A stretch of 64,000 bases of DNA from Desulfatiglandales bacterium. Lineage in GTDB: Bacteria > Desulfobacterota > DSM-4660 > Desulfatiglandales > Desulfatiglandaceae. Location of the stretch: contig OY759599.1 of NCBI GenBank assembly GCA_963662465.1, positions 2,720,001 through 2,784,000 of the forward strand, given 5' to 3'. Below are positions 63,528-64,000 of the stretch, in pieces (within the stretch, counting starts at the first letter, position 1; each line of letters opens with the position of its first letter). Below the pieces are notes generated by a model, which worked only from the letters and a program-made list of their open reading frames with translations, searched no databases and was not told the DNA's origin. Made by a program: the position numbers and the translations under genes.

Positions 63528-63671
63528 GTCGGTGATGCTCAAAATGGGTTATGAAATAATTTTGTACGCTTATATCTTAATGGCAACATCTTGTCAATGC
63601 AGCCGTCAGCATCCGGCAAATGGATTCATTCAGAAGTGTTGTTTTTGATTATAGCGTCGTTGAAAAGGTCA

Positions 63672-63910
63672 TCAGACAACACGAACTTCCTTTTCCAAAA
63701 TCTCCTTCACAAAGGGATTTTCGGGGACAAAATCTTCCGGCCGAAACGGAAGAGGGGAAAGATCGCTGCTCACCGAAAGGGTAATGCGTCTGATTTTGCT
63801 GCGATCATCAAAACGGTCTCCCACGAATGCGTCGGATACCAGCGCAATATCGATATCACTCCATTCATTCGCTTTCCCATGGGCATAACTGCCAAACAAA
63901 ACCGCTCTGT
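63672..63910 (-). pseudogene. MNT-type minimal nucleotidyltransferase, N-terminally truncated
   Basis: RAVLFGSYAHG.....SDIDIALVS...PF..EI...G-like end; in-frame TGA just upstream of NRAVLF. Confidence 0.65.
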
Positions 63911-64000
63911 TTCACCTCCCAAATCAGGCCGGTCACATTATCCCGCACCATCACCCAGGAGGTGGCAGATGCCGAAAGCGCGTTTCCGTTTGCATCCAGC
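63865..64000 (-). pseudogene. DUF1566 (Lcl-type) domain gene fragment, truncated; continues beyond the window
   Basis: Manual translation LDANGNALSASATSWVMVRDNVTGLIWEVK, then out-of-frame run into the MNT sequence to TGA at 63867-63865. Confidence 0.6.

Overview
Chromosomal window from a probable Desulfobacterota (deltaproteobacterial) anaerobe; the assignment is inferred from gene content (flavodiiron protein, FmdE, TRAP-CoA ligase locus, CheB/CheR-PAS signalling). It holds about 50 protein-coding genes, and I recognised no rRNA, tRNA, CRISPR array or transposase. Housekeeping genes: mltB-like, suhB, rlmN-like, ubiB-like, leuB, cysK, mrcA, dksA-like, lspA, ileS. The most interesting locus is a tightly spaced minus-strand operon at 35265-44580. 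It encodes a signal-peptide-bearing PEP-utiliser/dikinase with glucan-water-dikinase-like domain order, a stand-alone NTT/Npt nucleotide transporter, a secreted protein with an L,D-transpeptidase-like SHGC motif, and an NTT-HEAT-cNMP fusion. It is flanked by a divergent secreted 5'-nucleotidase homologue with an altered metal motif and by an orphan TolC. I infer an extracytoplasmic ATP-supplied phosphorylation system. Also seen: a G36 tract that frameshifts a histidine kinase, a MITE-like repeat family with a target-site duplication, REP-like palindromes, candidate operators and several deletion scars. All product calls come from motif recognition, not database searches.
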